A DNA stretch of 64,000 nt, from the NCBI GenBank assembly GCA_964641245.1, contig CAZXML010000004.1, positions 5,418 to 69,417 on the forward strand, given 5' to 3'. Below the pieces are notes generated by a model. It was not told where the DNA came from and did no database searches. It worked only from the letters and a program-made list of their open reading frames with translations. This document shows, piece by piece, positions 28,144 to 37,814 of this stretch. The DNA comes from an uncultured Gammaproteobacteria bacterium (GTDB lineage Bacteria > Patescibacteriota > Patescibacteriia > Magasanikbacterales > GWA2-37-8). How positions within the stretch are numbered: position 1 is the first letter of the stretch; the number at the start of each line of letters is the position of its first letter. A program made the translations under genes and the position numbers.

Positions 28144-28644
28144 ATGAAAGTTATCCACATCATCCCATCCGCCTTTGATTATTTTGATGACATCAGATCG
28201 GAAGCTTTTAAGTTGTTGGAGGAATTACACAAGGGGGGTGTGGAATCGGAGGCTTTTACTTTGCAATACGGGTCAACCGGAAAGGCGCTAAAAGCCAGCA
28301 TAAAAAAGGTTTCGCCCTCGGTTCATGATTATATCGGTAATTTTGATATGGACAATGCCATAGCCAGTTTTTCGGATTTTGATATCGTTCACCTGCACTG
28401 CCCGTTTTTTGGCGCGGCCGGGAAAATCTTGCGTTGGAAAAAACTCAATTCAAACATCCCTTTGGTAATTACTTATTACCGCGCAGTTCGGGTTTTGGAT
28501 CTCATGAGCCTGTTTATAAGATTTTATAACGCTTATTATTTGCCGAAATTTTTTAAATTGGCGGATAGCGCCAGTCAATTTAACCCCGAAGAATCCCAGC
28601 AGTCTATTGCGGACAGGACATTGTTGATGTATAATAACTTGTAA
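28144..28644 (+). pseudogene. Stand-alone N-terminal half of a GT4 glycosyltransferase (paralog of 26193-27278); possible gene remnant
   Basis: MKVIHIIPSAF...IVHLHCPFFGAAG...IPLVITYY parallels the N-terminal domain of the upstream GT4. It lacks the C-terminal catalytic EX7E domain. The track start at 28123 uses an ATG in the repeat. Confidence 0.45.
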
Positions 28645-28647
28645 GTT

Positions 28648-28761
28648 CACTCTCAATCGCTCTCTCCCTCTATTAGGGGAGAGACAGAGAGAGGGGTATC
28701 GCGGCCTTTGGACAACGAATACCCCCACCCTGCCCTCCCCCTAAAAGCGGGGAGGAACGAA
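28648..28761. repeat. Family F palindromic repeats, two copies (second inverted)
   Basis: CAATCGCTCTCTCCCTCTATTAGGGGAGAGACAGAGAGAGGGGTATCG and ATACCCCCACCCTGCCCTCCCCCTAAAAGCGGGGAGGAACGA. Confidence 0.8.
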
Positions 28762-28815
28762 AAGAGTTAAGGTTCGATTTGTATCGCATTATTCATAATT
28801 CTTAATTCAACATAT

Positions 28816-29124
28816 ATGGGCATGTTTAAAAAAGGACTTTTTCTAGGCGGTTTAATAGGCGCGGCGGCAATGTGGTTAAACGCCACTCCAAAAGGTAAAG
28901 AAATGCGGGAAAAGCTTGTGGGTCAAGCCAATGACCTATATTCTCAACTCAAAGAAAGCATAAAACAACTGGAAGGCCCAACCAAAGAAATGTATGACGC
29001 GCTGGTAGAAAGAGCCGTAGAAGAATACGCCGCCAAAGTAGAAATGGCCATGGATATGAAAGTTCAATTGGTCAGAGAGTTAAAGAAGAGATGGAAGCAT
29101 TTGGAGAAAGAAATAAAAAAGTAA
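28816..29124 (+). CDS. YtxH-like (DUF948) small membrane-associated protein
   Basis: GLFLGGLIGAAAMWLNATPKGKEMREKL N-terminus and a helical C-terminus. Confidence 0.55.
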   Translation: MGMFKKGLFLGGLIGAAAMWLNATPKGKEMREKLVGQANDLYSQLKESIKQLEGPTKEMYDALVERAVEEYAAKVEMAMDMKVQLVRELKKRWKHLEKEIKK

Positions 29125-29125
29125 T

Positions 29126-29158
29126 TAAAAAAATCCCCTTTAGGGGATTTTTTTAATG
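29126..29158. terminator. Bidirectional rho-independent terminator
   Basis: AAAAAAATCCCC TTTA GGGGATTTTTTTAA. It lies between convergent genes, and the recJ stop lies in the stem. Confidence 0.7.
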
Positions 29159-30918
29159 TCTTCTATTGTCAGTTGCAGTTCTCTATTTCCATTCCACTCG
29201 TTCACTCCGATAGAATAAACCATATCTATTTTATCTCCGGGTTTTAGGCATTCTTTCCAATTTTCGGAACAGCGGTTTACATCGCCCAGGCCAAAGCCAA
29301 TAGTTTTTTTAATTAATTGGGAATTGTGTTTCACCATTAGGCGCAAATGTTTGCCGTCCTGGCCCACGGGTTCTATGGCGGTAACGGTTAGTGAGCGGGA
29401 AACATATTTTGGTTCTTCGTTGGCTTGGCCGAAGGGTTCAAATTTTTGTAGTAAGTCGTAAAATTTCCAGTTCACTTCGTCCAGTTCCACTTCCGCGTCT
29501 ATGTTAATTTGCGGAACTAAATCTATGGTGGCAGTTTGCTCCGCGGCCTTGGCGATTAGTTTGGTTTTAAATTCTTCCAATTTGTCTTTGGTTTTTAAAG
29601 TAAAACCGCAGGCTTGCGGGTGGCCGCCGAATTTGTAAAATACTTCCGGCATGGCTTGCATGGCGCCGATTAAACTGAATTCTTTTATACTTCGGCCGGA
29701 ACCGTTTATTTCATTGGCAGTTTCTCCCATTACAATGGACGGTTTGTAGTAGTCATCTTTTAATTTTCCGGAAATTAATCCCAAAATGCCGGTGGGCCAG
29801 TCTTTGCCCAGCACAAATAAAACCGGATTATTTTCCTGGTTGGTTTCTTTTATCTGTTTGCGCGCTTCGTTTACGTATTGTTCAGTAAGTTTTCGGCGGT
29901 CAACATTATTTTGGTCCAGTTGCGCGGCTAAACTGGTGGCTTCTTTTTCGTCTGTGGCCATCAGTAACGCGTAAGCGGTGTTGGCATGATCCATGCGTCC
30001 GGCGGCGTTTAGACGGGGAACAATTTGAAAACTCATGGTATAAGAATCATAAGCCCCATGTTTCGGCTGTCCTTTTTCGTCGGTTAGGCCGGCTACGGCG
30101 AAAAGTTTTTTTAAACCAATATTTCTGGTTTTGTTGATTACGGTTAATCCGTATTTGGTAATAGTGCGCGATTCGCCAACCAACGGCACCATATCGCCGA
30201 TAGAAGCAATGGCCGCCAGATCCAGCATCCATTTTTCAAATCCCTCAAAGGTTTGTCCGTCCGGTAGAGCGTTGTGTGAACGGCCGTATTTTTTTAAAAG
30301 TCCCTGCACCAATTTAAAAGCTACGGCTCCGCCGCATAATCCTTTATCTGGATACGGTTCGCCCTTCACCAGCGGGTGAATAATGGCATTGGCCTTGGGC
30401 AGTTTGGCCGGTACGGTATGATGGTCGGTCACGATTACTTTCATTTTATATTTTCTGGCCAAAGCAATTTCCGGCGCGTTGCTTACTCCGCAATCGCAGG
30501 TAATTATTAAATCTGTTTTTTGCGTATGGAGAAGTTCGATGGTGCGTAAATTTAATCCATAACCGTCGGTTTCGCGGTGGGGGATAAATACATTTACATT
30601 TTTTGCTCCTAATTTCCGTAGTCCGGTAATAATAATAGCCGAGGAACAAACACCGTCCGCGTCATAATCTCCGTGCACCACAATGTTTTCCTGTTTGTCT
30701 ATTGCTTTAAAAATAATATCCGTGGCTTTTTCCATGTCTTGAAATAAAAAAGGATCATGAATATCCTGCGAATAATCCGGATTTAAAAATTCATCAATTT
30801 GCGCTTGAGTGCGCAGATTTCTATTCCACAACAATTGCGCCACCGCCACAGGCAGTTCCGGATGAGAGCCGGTGAATTCCGGCGGTGGCAAGGGTAAAAC
30901 ATTCCACTTCTTAGGCAT
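29140..30918 (-). CDS. recJ: Single-stranded-DNA-specific exonuclease RecJ
   Basis: DHH motifs (VVHGDYDADGV, VIVTDHH) and a DHHA1 domain over 592 aa. Confidence 0.9.
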   Translation of the reverse strand: MPKKWNVLPLPPPEFTGSHPELPVAVAQLLWNRNLRTQAQIDEFLNPDYSQDIHDPFLFQDMEKATDIIFKAIDKQENIVVHGDYDADGVCSSAIIITGLRKLGAKNVNVFIPHRETDGYGLNLRTIELLHTQKTDLIITCDCGVSNAPEIALARKYKMKVIVTDHHTVPAKLPKANAIIHPLVKGEPYPDKGLCGGAVAFKLVQGLLKKYGRSHNALPDGQTFEGFEKWMLDLAAIASIGDMVPLVGESRTITKYGLTVINKTRNIGLKKLFAVAGLTDEKGQPKHGAYDSYTMSFQIVPRLNAAGRMDHANTAYALLMATDEKEATSLAAQLDQNNVDRRKLTEQYVNEARKQIKETNQENNPVLFVLGKDWPTGILGLISGKLKDDYYKPSIVMGETANEINGSGRSIKEFSLIGAMQAMPEVFYKFGGHPQACGFTLKTKDKLEEFKTKLIAKAAEQTATIDLVPQINIDAEVELDEVNWKFYDLLQKFEPFGQANEEPKYVSRSLTVTAIEPVGQDGKHLRLMVKHNSQLIKKTIGFGLGDVNRCSENWKECLKPGDKIDMVYSIGVNEWNGNRELQLTIEDIKKIP

Positions 30919-30925
30919 ACTAGCA

Positions 30926-31004
30926 TGTCATCCTGAATTTATTTCAGGATCTTACGGTTATATTAAAATTGCACGAGAGATTCTGAAACAAGTTCAGAAT
31001 GACA
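30926..31004. repeat. Family A palindromic element
   Basis: TGTCATCCTGAATTTATTTCAGGATC ... GATTCTGAAACAAGTTCAGAATGACA. Confidence 0.8.
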
Positions 31005-31008
31005 AAGG

Positions 31009-31410
31009 TTATAGTTCTTTTTTGTCTCGAAAACTGTTTAACGTAATTTTTTTAAAATCCCAGTACGAATCGGCCAGGAGCAGAGTGAAGATAATAAAAA
31101 ATATATTTACCGTGGTGTATTCTTCCGCGGAAATAGGGTTGTTGAAGTTTAAAAAAAGAATAATGCCCAGCGCAATCCAATAAATTAATGTTTTGCTTGT
31201 CACGCCTCTTCTTTCCGCAATATTTATTTTACTTCTTATTTCCCAAACGTAAATAAAATACAGAAAAATTAGCGGTCCGGCTGTAAACCATTCGTAATTA
31301 TGCGGGTCTTCGCCGTAATAAGACAAGCCAAAAAAAAGCAGACCAATAATTAAAATTAAAGCAAAGAAAAGAAAGATTATATCCAGCTGGTATTTGCGGA
31401 GAACTTTCAT
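31009..31410 (-). CDS. Hypothetical integral membrane protein
   Basis: Four predicted transmembrane helices. No motif. Confidence 0.4.
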   Translation of the reverse strand: MKVLRKYQLDIIFLFFALILIIGLLFFGLSYYGEDPHNYEWFTAGPLIFLYFIYVWEIRSKINIAERRGVTSKTLIYWIALGIILFLNFNNPISAEEYTTVNIFFIIFTLLLADSYWDFKKITLNSFRDKKEL

Positions 31411-31558
31411 AGGGCAGTGTTGAGCGCTAAGTACTAAGCGCTAAGTACTAAGTTATTGGAGGGCGGGTAGAAAAGAAAAGACCAGCATCGCCAGAATACC
31501 CACAAAAGAAACCACAATCCAAAGTTTTTTTATGGTTTTTCGTTTCATAGAATGATGT

Positions 31559-32560
31559 TTATTTTTTCCGTATATTTAACAATTTATCAATTTCTTCTTC
31601 GGTGGTTGGCAGTTTGATTCCCATTTCTTCTATTTTTTTTCTTAACAAGTCGTTATGCTCTTTTTGGTTTAAGGCTTCCGTCATGTCTCCTAATGAGCCG
31701 CCAATATTCTTTGAAAAGGCGCGTATTTGATCTGTGGATAAATTAACCACTAACTTCCTGATAGCCCAGCTCATTTTGTTGTTGTCTTTGGTAACACCCC
31801 ACAGTATGACACCCATAGCGCCCTCCATCAGATCTCTGGCGTAAACATCATCATTTATAATCTCCTGCGGATTTTTAATCAACCTCCTCTGAATTTCATT
31901 GCTTGTGGGAAAGACAATAGTGTCTCTACCCAGCATCATTTTGGAAGACTGTAATTCTGTCTTCAACTTTTTATGCAGCGAGGTGTGTACAGCCCCAATA
32001 CTAATTAGCACCCGAATATTTTTTTTATTTTTTAGTTGGGGAAATTTTTGAGTCAATGTTTTTAATTTATTTTTTAGTTGATTGGCAATAAAATCTTCCC
32101 TTCTTCTTATGCTAGAGGCGAAGTCCACCGTTCCTTTTTTTAGGTTTTCCATGGCTTTATCAAAATTACCAATTTCAAAATCATCATAAGCTCCCGTTAT
32201 TTCTTTTATGGCGTCTATTGTTTCTTTGATTTCGGGATGTTCTGCGGGTAAATCCACAAAAATAATTGGTATTTTGGAGTTATAAATTAAATGCAATGGT
32301 GTTTCAAAGCCGGGATGGCCATCTATTCGTGGAGGTTCTATTTTACCTTGAGATACTGCGTTAAAACCTTGCTCATCTATATTTTCCCAGCCCACAAATT
32401 CCGGAACATAAACATCGGCATTTTTTAAAGCTTCCGGCAAACGACTAAAATCCTCGGCTGTTCCATGATATGAAAAAAAGAAATCAACCGTAATTTTTGG
32501 TTCTGTTTCTTTGCTTTCTTTATTGCTCTCTGGAGCGTGCCCGGGTTTTATTTCCGACAT
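31559..32560 (-). CDS. Hypothetical protein
   Basis: 333-aa ORF with consistent coding composition. No motif recognised. Confidence 0.4.
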   Translation of the reverse strand: MSEIKPGHAPESNKESKETEPKITVDFFFSYHGTAEDFSRLPEALKNADVYVPEFVGWENIDEQGFNAVSQGKIEPPRIDGHPGFETPLHLIYNSKIPIIFVDLPAEHPEIKETIDAIKEITGAYDDFEIGNFDKAMENLKKGTVDFASSIRRREDFIANQLKNKLKTLTQKFPQLKNKKNIRVLISIGAVHTSLHKKLKTELQSSKMMLGRDTIVFPTSNEIQRRLIKNPQEIINDDVYARDLMEGAMGVILWGVTKDNNKMSWAIRKLVVNLSTDQIRAFSKNIGGSLGDMTEALNQKEHNDLLRKKIEEMGIKLPTTEEEIDKLLNIRKK

Positions 32561-32562
32561 AA

Positions 32563-34380
32563 CTATCTTTTTAATACGGCCAGATAAGTCTCCGGCGGAA
32601 TATCTATTTTTCCGTGAGTCAACATGCGTTTCTTGCCTTTTTTCTGTTTTTGCAATAATTTTTGTTTGCGGGTGTAATCGCCGCCGCTCATGGTGGCCAG
32701 CACATCTTTGCGCAGAGCGGATAGGCGGTCCGAGGCAATTACTTTTCCGCCAATGGTGGCTTGAATTTTTAGCACAAATTGTTGTCTAGGCAGGGATTCT
32801 TTTAGGGATTCCACTATAGTTTTGCCGGCTTTATAGGCTTGGTCTTCCCAAACCAGCGTGGAAAGAGCTTCCACCGGTTCTTCGGCTACCATTATATCCA
32901 GCCTTACCACCTTGGTTGGCTGGTAATCCATAAATTCGTAGTTCATGGACGCGTAGCCCGAGCTGACGGTTTTTAGTTTATCATAAAAATCGGTAACAAG
33001 CGAGGCAAGTGGAATTTCGTAGTGTAGCATAGCCCGCTGGTCGGTGTCCGTGCTTAAATATTCGGTATTTATATATTTTCCTTTGCGTTCGGAAACTAAG
33101 CCCATCACATTACCTGTAAAACTTTTGGGAGTAATAATATCCAGCTTCATCCACGGTTCCAAAATCTCCAGCAGATGATTGGGGTCGGGCATTTCCTGCG
33201 GACTGTGAATAGTTTTTTGTACGCCGGCTTGAGTGGTAATTTTGTAGGCCACGCTGGGTACGGTAATAATAATTTCCAAATTGTATTCGCGTTGTAATCT
33301 TTCCTGAAAAATATCCAGGTGTAATAAACCTAAAAATCCACAGCGAAAACCAAAACCCAGAGCCAAAGAATGTTCCGGTTCGTAAAAAAGGGAGGCGTCG
33401 TTTAATTTTAATTTATCTATGGCGTCGCGAAGCACCTGATAATTGTCGCCCTCTTTGGGAAAGATGCCGGCATACACCATTGGCTTTACTTCTTTATATC
33501 CGGGCAGAGCCAAAGTATGAATATCTTTTTCTTCTTCGTCTGTAAAAGTGGTAATGGTGTCGCCAACCCGGCATTCTTTGAGATCTTTTAGGCCGGTGAC
33601 AACATAACCGATTTCGCCGTTGAATAATTTAGGCGTAGATTGGAATTTCGGTTTATAATATCCCACTTCTAAAATATCCGCCGGCGTTCTGGTGCCAATT
33701 AAAAATATTTTGTCGCCTTTTTTTAATTCGCCGTCCACAATTCTTACCGATGCAATAACACCTTTGTAATCGTTATAAACAGAATCAAAAATTAAAGCGC
33801 GGGTGGGTTGGGTGCTTGTGTCCGGCGGAGGAGTCACTCTCTCAATAATCGCTTTTAAAATATCCTCCACGCCTTGCCCGGTTTTGCCCGAGGCCAGAAT
33901 GATTTCTTCCGGCTTGCATCCCAGCAAATGCAAAATTTCCGCTTTGGTTTTTTCCACATTGGCGGCCGGCATGTCTATTTTATTTATCACCGGAATAATT
34001 TTTAAATTTTGTTCAATCGCCAGATACAAATTGCCGATAGTTTGCGCCTGCACGCCCTGGCTGGCATCTACCAATAAAATAGCGCCTTCCACCGCGGCCA
34101 GAGAACGGGAAACTTCATAGTTAAAATCCACATGGCCGGGAGTGTCGATTAAATTTAGGATGTAGCTTGTAGCTTGTAGCTTGTAGTCCATGCGGACGGG
34201 CGTTAACTTAATAGTAATTCCTCTTTCCCGCTCTAAGTCCATGGAATCAAGGAGTTGATCCTGCATGTCCCGGTGCGCCACTGTGCCTGTAAATTCCAAA
34301 AGACGATCGGCCATGGTGCTTTTACCGTGGTCAATATGGGCAATGATACAGAAGTTTCGGATGTTGTTGTTGGTTGACAT
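32563..34380 (-). CDS. lepA: Elongation factor 4 (LepA)
   Basis: NFCIIAHIDHGKSTMADRLLE G-domain and the LepA-specific C-terminal domain over 605 aa. Confidence 0.95.
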   Translation of the reverse strand: MSTNNNIRNFCIIAHIDHGKSTMADRLLEFTGTVAHRDMQDQLLDSMDLERERGITIKLTPVRMDYKLQATSYILNLIDTPGHVDFNYEVSRSLAAVEGAILLVDASQGVQAQTIGNLYLAIEQNLKIIPVINKIDMPAANVEKTKAEILHLLGCKPEEIILASGKTGQGVEDILKAIIERVTPPPDTSTQPTRALIFDSVYNDYKGVIASVRIVDGELKKGDKIFLIGTRTPADILEVGYYKPKFQSTPKLFNGEIGYVVTGLKDLKECRVGDTITTFTDEEEKDIHTLALPGYKEVKPMVYAGIFPKEGDNYQVLRDAIDKLKLNDASLFYEPEHSLALGFGFRCGFLGLLHLDIFQERLQREYNLEIIITVPSVAYKITTQAGVQKTIHSPQEMPDPNHLLEILEPWMKLDIITPKSFTGNVMGLVSERKGKYINTEYLSTDTDQRAMLHYEIPLASLVTDFYDKLKTVSSGYASMNYEFMDYQPTKVVRLDIMVAEEPVEALSTLVWEDQAYKAGKTIVESLKESLPRQQFVLKIQATIGGKVIASDRLSALRKDVLATMSGGDYTRKQKLLQKQKKGKKRMLTHGKIDIPPETYLAVLKR

Positions 34381-34382
34381 TT

Positions 34383-35999
34383 TTACTCGTTATTACTGAT
34401 GGGTTCCGCAGTCGGCAAATTTTTGGTTTGCAACCAGCGACGGGTTAAGCTTTCCTTTAATTGCATTAACTCCGGCACCCTCAAAAGGTAGCATATCAGC
34501 AGATAAATTGCCAGACCCAGCAGGCTGGCGATTAAGCCTTGCCCGAGGATACCAAAAAAGCGGGTTTGGTCAAAAATTGCGGCCAGTGGGTATTTGGAAA
34601 ATTGGATAACTAAAGCCATGGGAATGGCGGCCAGCATGATGCGGAAGAAGGATGACAGTATTTTTTCTCCGTCTATGCTTTTTAAATGACTGCGTAGAGC
34701 GATGGTTAAAATAAAAAAGTTTAAAATGGAGCCGATGGAAAACGCCAGAGCCAAACCGGCCACGCCCAGCGGTTTCATTAATAATAAAGCGGCGATGATG
34801 CTGAACAGTTCGGAAATTACACCGACAATAAACGGAGTTTTGGTGTTGGCCAGCGCGTAGAAGGCGCGGGCAATTACCGGAATTAATGCTTGGGCGAATA
34901 AGCTTAACGAGAACAAAGCCAAAGTGTCAGCGGTGTTTATGGTGGCAGTCCAGTCAAATTTTCCGGTTCCCAAAACCACGCGCACAATCTGCGCCCGGAG
35001 CAACATAATTATAATAGAGAAGGGGATAATTAAAAATAAAATCTGGCGGATGGTTGCGGATAGATTTTTTATAAACTCCCTCATGTTATTTTGCGATGCG
35101 GCCATAGACAGCACCGGGAAAACGGCGAGCGCGAACGGAATACCGATAATGCCGATGGGTACGGCCTGTAAATTGTTGGCAAAATGAAAAATCGCCACAC
35201 TTCCCACGGGGAGTAAAGACGCAATCATGGTGATGATGACCATATTTAATTGGCTGATAGCCAATCCCATGGTGCGCGGAATCATTAGTCTGCCAATTAG
35301 TTTAGTTTCTTTGTCGCGCCAGTTTAAGTGCCAGCGCCAGCGGTAGCCGTTGGTATAGGCGCTGTAAGTTTGTAAACTAAAATGCAGAAACGCGCCCAGC
35401 ACCACGCCCCAGGCCAAACCGGTTACGCCCCAGATTGGCACGAGTACAGTGGCGCCGATTATAATGCCGACGTTATAAAAAATCGGCGCCAGGGAATAGA
35501 GGAAAAAAGTACGCAAAGATTGTAAAACCCCGCCGATGACCATGGACAGGCCGAGCAGAATAGTGGAGCCAAACATTATTCTGGTGAAACTTATTACCAA
35601 CTCTTTGGATGCGGGGATAAAACCAGGGGCAATGAGGGGAGCGAGGGCCGGGGTGAAAATTATGCCGAGAAAACTGACTACACCCAAAGAAACAGCGGTA
35701 ATATTTAAAACATTGTTGGCCAATTTCCAGGCCGGAGATTTGTCTTCGCCGGAATTAAATAATTTTGTGAAGGCGGGAATAAAAGCCGCCGAAAGCGCGC
35801 CGATAATTAAAAGATTATAAACCAAATCCGGAATTTTAAAGGCAGCATAGTAAGCATCCATAATTGGCCCGGCGCCAAAATTATGGGCAAAAATCCGGTC
35901 GCGCAACAATCCAACTAAACGGCTAACCAAAGTAGCGCCGGAAATAATAATCGCGGCGCCAGTTATGGATTTGGATTGGCCGTTGAGAATTTTTAACAT
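34383..35999 (-). CDS. murJ: Lipid II flippase MurJ (MviN)
   Basis: N-terminal SRLVGLLRDRIFAHNFGAGPIMDAYYAAFKIPD. About 14 transmembrane helices. Confidence 0.85.
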   Translation of the reverse strand: MLKILNGQSKSITGAAIIISGATLVSRLVGLLRDRIFAHNFGAGPIMDAYYAAFKIPDLVYNLLIIGALSAAFIPAFTKLFNSGEDKSPAWKLANNVLNITAVSLGVVSFLGIIFTPALAPLIAPGFIPASKELVISFTRIMFGSTILLGLSMVIGGVLQSLRTFFLYSLAPIFYNVGIIIGATVLVPIWGVTGLAWGVVLGAFLHFSLQTYSAYTNGYRWRWHLNWRDKETKLIGRLMIPRTMGLAISQLNMVIITMIASLLPVGSVAIFHFANNLQAVPIGIIGIPFALAVFPVLSMAASQNNMREFIKNLSATIRQILFLIIPFSIIIMLLRAQIVRVVLGTGKFDWTATINTADTLALFSLSLFAQALIPVIARAFYALANTKTPFIVGVISELFSIIAALLLMKPLGVAGLALAFSIGSILNFFILTIALRSHLKSIDGEKILSSFFRIMLAAIPMALVIQFSKYPLAAIFDQTRFFGILGQGLIASLLGLAIYLLICYLLRVPELMQLKESLTRRWLQTKNLPTAEPISNNE

Positions 36000-36001
36000 A
36001 A

Positions 36002-36709
36002 TTACTGGTTACCAAACGGGTCTTCTTCCGGAATTGGATTTTCCAGACCAAGGTTCACCGTCAGCACCACATAATCCGTGCCCGGCTTTACAGTGTTGTC
36101 GCCTTCTACATATATAGAACCGGTAATAGTGTCTTGGCTGAATGAAAATTGCCGTACGGCCTGCCCTTCGCTTTCCACATCTATTTTATAACCTCTTTTT
36201 TGCAGTTCGGTTTTGTAATAATTTATTATAAACGTCGGCTCGGCATCAAGATTTCTCCATTCAATTTGTACAGTGTCGCGATGGTCGCTTACCGGCGTGC
36301 TGATTATTTTCCACAAATTTTTTACGGAAGCCAATTTTCCGGTGTCTTCCGCGCTTTGTTCGCTTTTATTTAAAGTAAGAAAAAGCGGAGATAAAATTAT
36401 TTTAGGAAAAAAAGCGGCAATTTCTATGCCCCGGTTTTTATATTTTCCGGAAACAAAAGTTATTTGTTCGATATTGTCTTCGTCGTAAATTGTAATATCT
36501 TTGGGGAAATTTTCGGGAATATTTTTTAATGTTTGGGGGCCGCTTCCCAAGGCCAGACGGAGAAAAATGGCAATGCCGATAAGAAACACAACCAAACAAC
36601 CGCACCCGGTAAAACAGGTGCGTTTAATAGAGGAAAATGCCGAGTATCTTTTGGTTAGTTCGCCAATTGGCGGTTCTACTATTTCAACATTGTTTATGTT
36701 GCGTCGCAT
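36002..36709 (-). CDS. Hypothetical membrane-anchored protein
   Basis: N-terminal transmembrane helix. No motif. Confidence 0.4.
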   Translation of the reverse strand: MRRNINNVEIVEPPIGELTKRYSAFSSIKRTCFTGCGCLVVFLIGIAIFLRLALGSGPQTLKNIPENFPKDITIYDEDNIEQITFVSGKYKNRGIEIAAFFPKIILSPLFLTLNKSEQSAEDTGKLASVKNLWKIISTPVSDHRDTVQIEWRNLDAEPTFIINYYKTELQKRGYKIDVESEGQAVRQFSFSQDTITGSIYVEGDNTVKPGTDYVVLTVNLGLENPIPEEDPFGNQ

Positions 36710-36908
36710 ACCAGAATATTATAGCAGAAAATAACATATTTGTGAATATTGTGTATTGTTGAATTTTATTTCGTAATAAAATTCACTTCAGAGTGAGCCA
36801 CAGCGAGTGAAGGAGAGTCCTAATTATGTTTGTGAACTGTCTTGTCGCCCGCAATTGTGTGTGTTACAGTTTAGTTAGCACATTGAACAACCAACCGGGA
36901 GAAGGAAC

Positions 36909-37571
36909 ATGAATTTCGGCTTCTTTTTAATCATGATGTTTGTGGTTTTGGTGATTGCTGTCGTAGCTGTGATGAATATGAGAAAGCCCGCCTCAAAAAA
37001 AGGCGACGCAAACAATGTGGATCAATGGCTTTTCATTGAATATGCGCCCACAAAAATGAGCGGATTGGAAATCAGAGGATTTACGGCTGCGTCTTCGGTG
37101 CAAGATGAATTGCTGGTGGCGGGACGTGAGTTGCTGAAAAAACTGCCACCCGATATCGGTGCCGATCTGAAGTCTCCGGTTTCCGGTAATCTGGCGACGT
37201 TGTTTTCGCAAAGTTCCAACCCAAACAATCTTGCGCCTGATGAAGTTGTGGCTGCCGTCGCGGTGGCAGAAGCCTCGCTGGCTCTTTGGGCATTGATGTC
37301 GCGGTTTGATTGCAGAGTGAAGCCTCCTCATCCGCATCCGGTAATTTTTGATGAGAGCGCCGGCAACTTTATTGTCAGTCAAAAGTCATATAGCGTTTGC
37401 TATGTTATTGGGCGAATCAGCTTCAGCGCCGGCGTAAGCCTGGCCATGGCCACTTTCATGTGGGAAGGTATCGCGCAAATACTGAAGGAAGGCAAAGTGC
37501 CCATTCCCGGTTTGAAGGTAAATAAGGATATTCTAATCGTTTCCAAAGTCGATGTAACTGAAAAAAAGTAA
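36909..37571 (+). CDS. Hypothetical membrane-anchored protein (GC-elevated)
   Basis: N-terminal transmembrane helix. Compositionally distinct from its neighbours. Confidence 0.4.
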   Translation: MNFGFFLIMMFVVLVIAVVAVMNMRKPASKKGDANNVDQWLFIEYAPTKMSGLEIRGFTAASSVQDELLVAGRELLKKLPPDIGADLKSPVSGNLATLFSQSSNPNNLAPDEVVAAVAVAEASLALWALMSRFDCRVKPPHPHPVIFDESAGNFIVSQKSYSVCYVIGRISFSAGVSLAMATFMWEGIAQILKEGKVPIPGLKVNKDILIVSKVDVTEKK

Positions 37572-37733
37572 TAACAGAGTTGTGCTACAGCGCCCGGTTC
37601 ACCCCGCGCGCTTTTTTTATTGTCCGCATCCGTCTTTTTGAAGCAAAGCTTTGCAATTACGTCGGGCTTCAAAAGAAAAAAAATTTACTTTCTTCTTTAT
37701 TCAGCCCTAGCAATTGTGGTATACTTGTTCTAT

Positions 37734-37801
37734 GTCATGCTGAATTTATTTCAGCATCTAAACGGATGGCGATAGATCCTGAAACAAGTTCAGGATGACA
37801 A
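37734..37801. repeat. Family A palindromic element
   Basis: TGTCATGCTGAATTTATTTCAGCATC ... GATCCTGAAACAAGTTCAGGATGACA. Confidence 0.8.
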
Positions 37802-37814
37802 TTATAAAACATCT

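Noticed and set aside
36710-36908. Non-coding RNA in the 200-bp gap before ORF 36909
   Set aside because: It contains short hairpins but no recognisable structure (RNase P, tmRNA, SRP, riboswitch consensus). No rRNA, tmRNA or SRP RNA was recognisable anywhere in the window.
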